A program made the translations under genes and the position numbers. A model generated the notes under the pieces. The model worked only from the letters and a program-made list of their open reading frames with translations. It had not been told where the DNA came from and made no database searches. DNA of 64,000 bases from an uncultured Acidobacteriota bacterium (GTDB taxonomy: Bacteria > Acidobacteriota > Terriglobia > UBA7540), in contig CAWDSK010000005.1 of the NCBI GenBank assembly GCA_963804995.1, forward strand, positions 1,184,001 through 1,248,000, in the 5' to 3' direction. Numbering within the stretch: position 1 is the stretch's first letter; each line of letters opens with the position of its first letter. This document shows, one piece after another, positions 63,480 to 64,000 of the stretch.

Positions 63480-63501
63480 TTTCGGCCACCGGTGGCCGAA
63501 A
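63480..63501. promoter_or_regulatory. Perfect 22-bp palindrome TTTCGGCCACCGGTGGCCGAAA in the divergent intergenic region
   Basis: Self-complementary over 22 nt. Confidence 0.6.
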
Positions 63502-63556
63502 TTTCTTGGGTCGACCGACTAACTATTAGGGGTGTGACTTTCGGTTACTGAAAAGA

Positions 63557-64000
63557 ATGGCGGCAGGCACTTCACCTCGGAACCCGGAGACGATCGATTG
63601 GCGGCTGCTGATGAAGCGACTGCATGGAGCTGCCGTTCGCCTCGTCGGCAGCAGCAACCGTTTGATCGATTGCGGGGGATCCTCCGCGAAGGACCTCGTT
63701 TCCGAGGTGCTTGAAGAGTTCTTTAACTCTCCGAATGGATGCGGCTGGGATGGCACCGAGGCTGGGTTGACCCGATTGCTGTGCAAAATGATTGAATACA
63801 GGTTTATCGACCACGTACGCCGTGACGGCAAGGTCGCGATCGACTCCGAAACCCCACTTGCGACCGCGATATGTCATGATTTAGGGCCCGACGAGCAAGC
63901 AGCCAGCGATCAACTGCGCAGTAGAATGTTCGATGCTGTGAAAGGTCACCCGAAGGAAGCCGAGTTACGGGACTTCATCCAAGCCGCGGCGATGATTAGC
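63557..64000 (+). CDS. ECF/sigma70 region-2-like protein, partial (runs off the window)
   Basis: Stop-free 148 codons not listed in the ORF track: DWRLLMKRLHGAA...AKDLVSEVLEEF...LTRLLCKMIEYRFIDHVRR. Confidence 0.6.
   Translation, partial: MAAGTSPRNPETIDWRLLMKRLHGAAVRLVGSSNRLIDCGGSSAKDLVSEVLEEFFNSPNGCGWDGTEAGLTRLLCKMIEYRFIDHVRRDGKVAIDSETPLATAICHDLGPDEQAASDQLRSRMFDAVKGHPKEAELRDFIQAAAMIS

Overview
GC-rich bacterial window; an Acidobacteriota/Terriglobia-like origin is inferred from gene families and repeat styles, not proven. It has three zones. (1) 1-23.2 kb: a dense signal-transduction cluster with multi-PAS hybrid histidine kinases, stand-alone receivers, a REC-Hpt-REC-REC-GGDEF cyclase, a REC-HD-GYP phosphodiesterase, a sigma54 NtrC activator, a nonsense-split GspE/PilB ATPase with zinc-ribbon and REC tail, and a decayed beta-propeller sensor. 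(2) 23.5-49.7 kb: a Wzx/Wzy exopolysaccharide locus in two divergent arms. The left arm has UpxY/NusG, a priming sugar transferase, VanZ and a nucleotide-sugar dehydrogenase. The right arm has wzx, wzy, MBOAT+SGNH, three GT2, acyltransferase-3, WecB/TagA, Tat-GH10, wzc, wza and a methyltransferase. A degenerate-GGDEF membrane protein lies between the arms. (3) 49.8-64 kb: a decaying mobile/defence region with a group II intron 3' remnant, an rve-integrase IS (one full and one partial copy), a TOTE-type primase-helicase-DUF559 gene broken into three pieces around an AIPR gene and a non-coding repeat cassette, a tRNA-Val 3' half (att-like), an AbiE toxin-antitoxin pair and a PBP fragment. The most interesting element is an apparently intact two-gene bacterial ubiquitin-like conjugation module (coiled coil-Ubl-cysteine-free E2 fusion plus JAB-E1 fusion), divergent from an ECF-sigma-like gene across a perfect 22-bp palindrome. 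Several single-base frameshifts look like sequencing errors. All family calls come from motif recognition by eye; no database searches were run.
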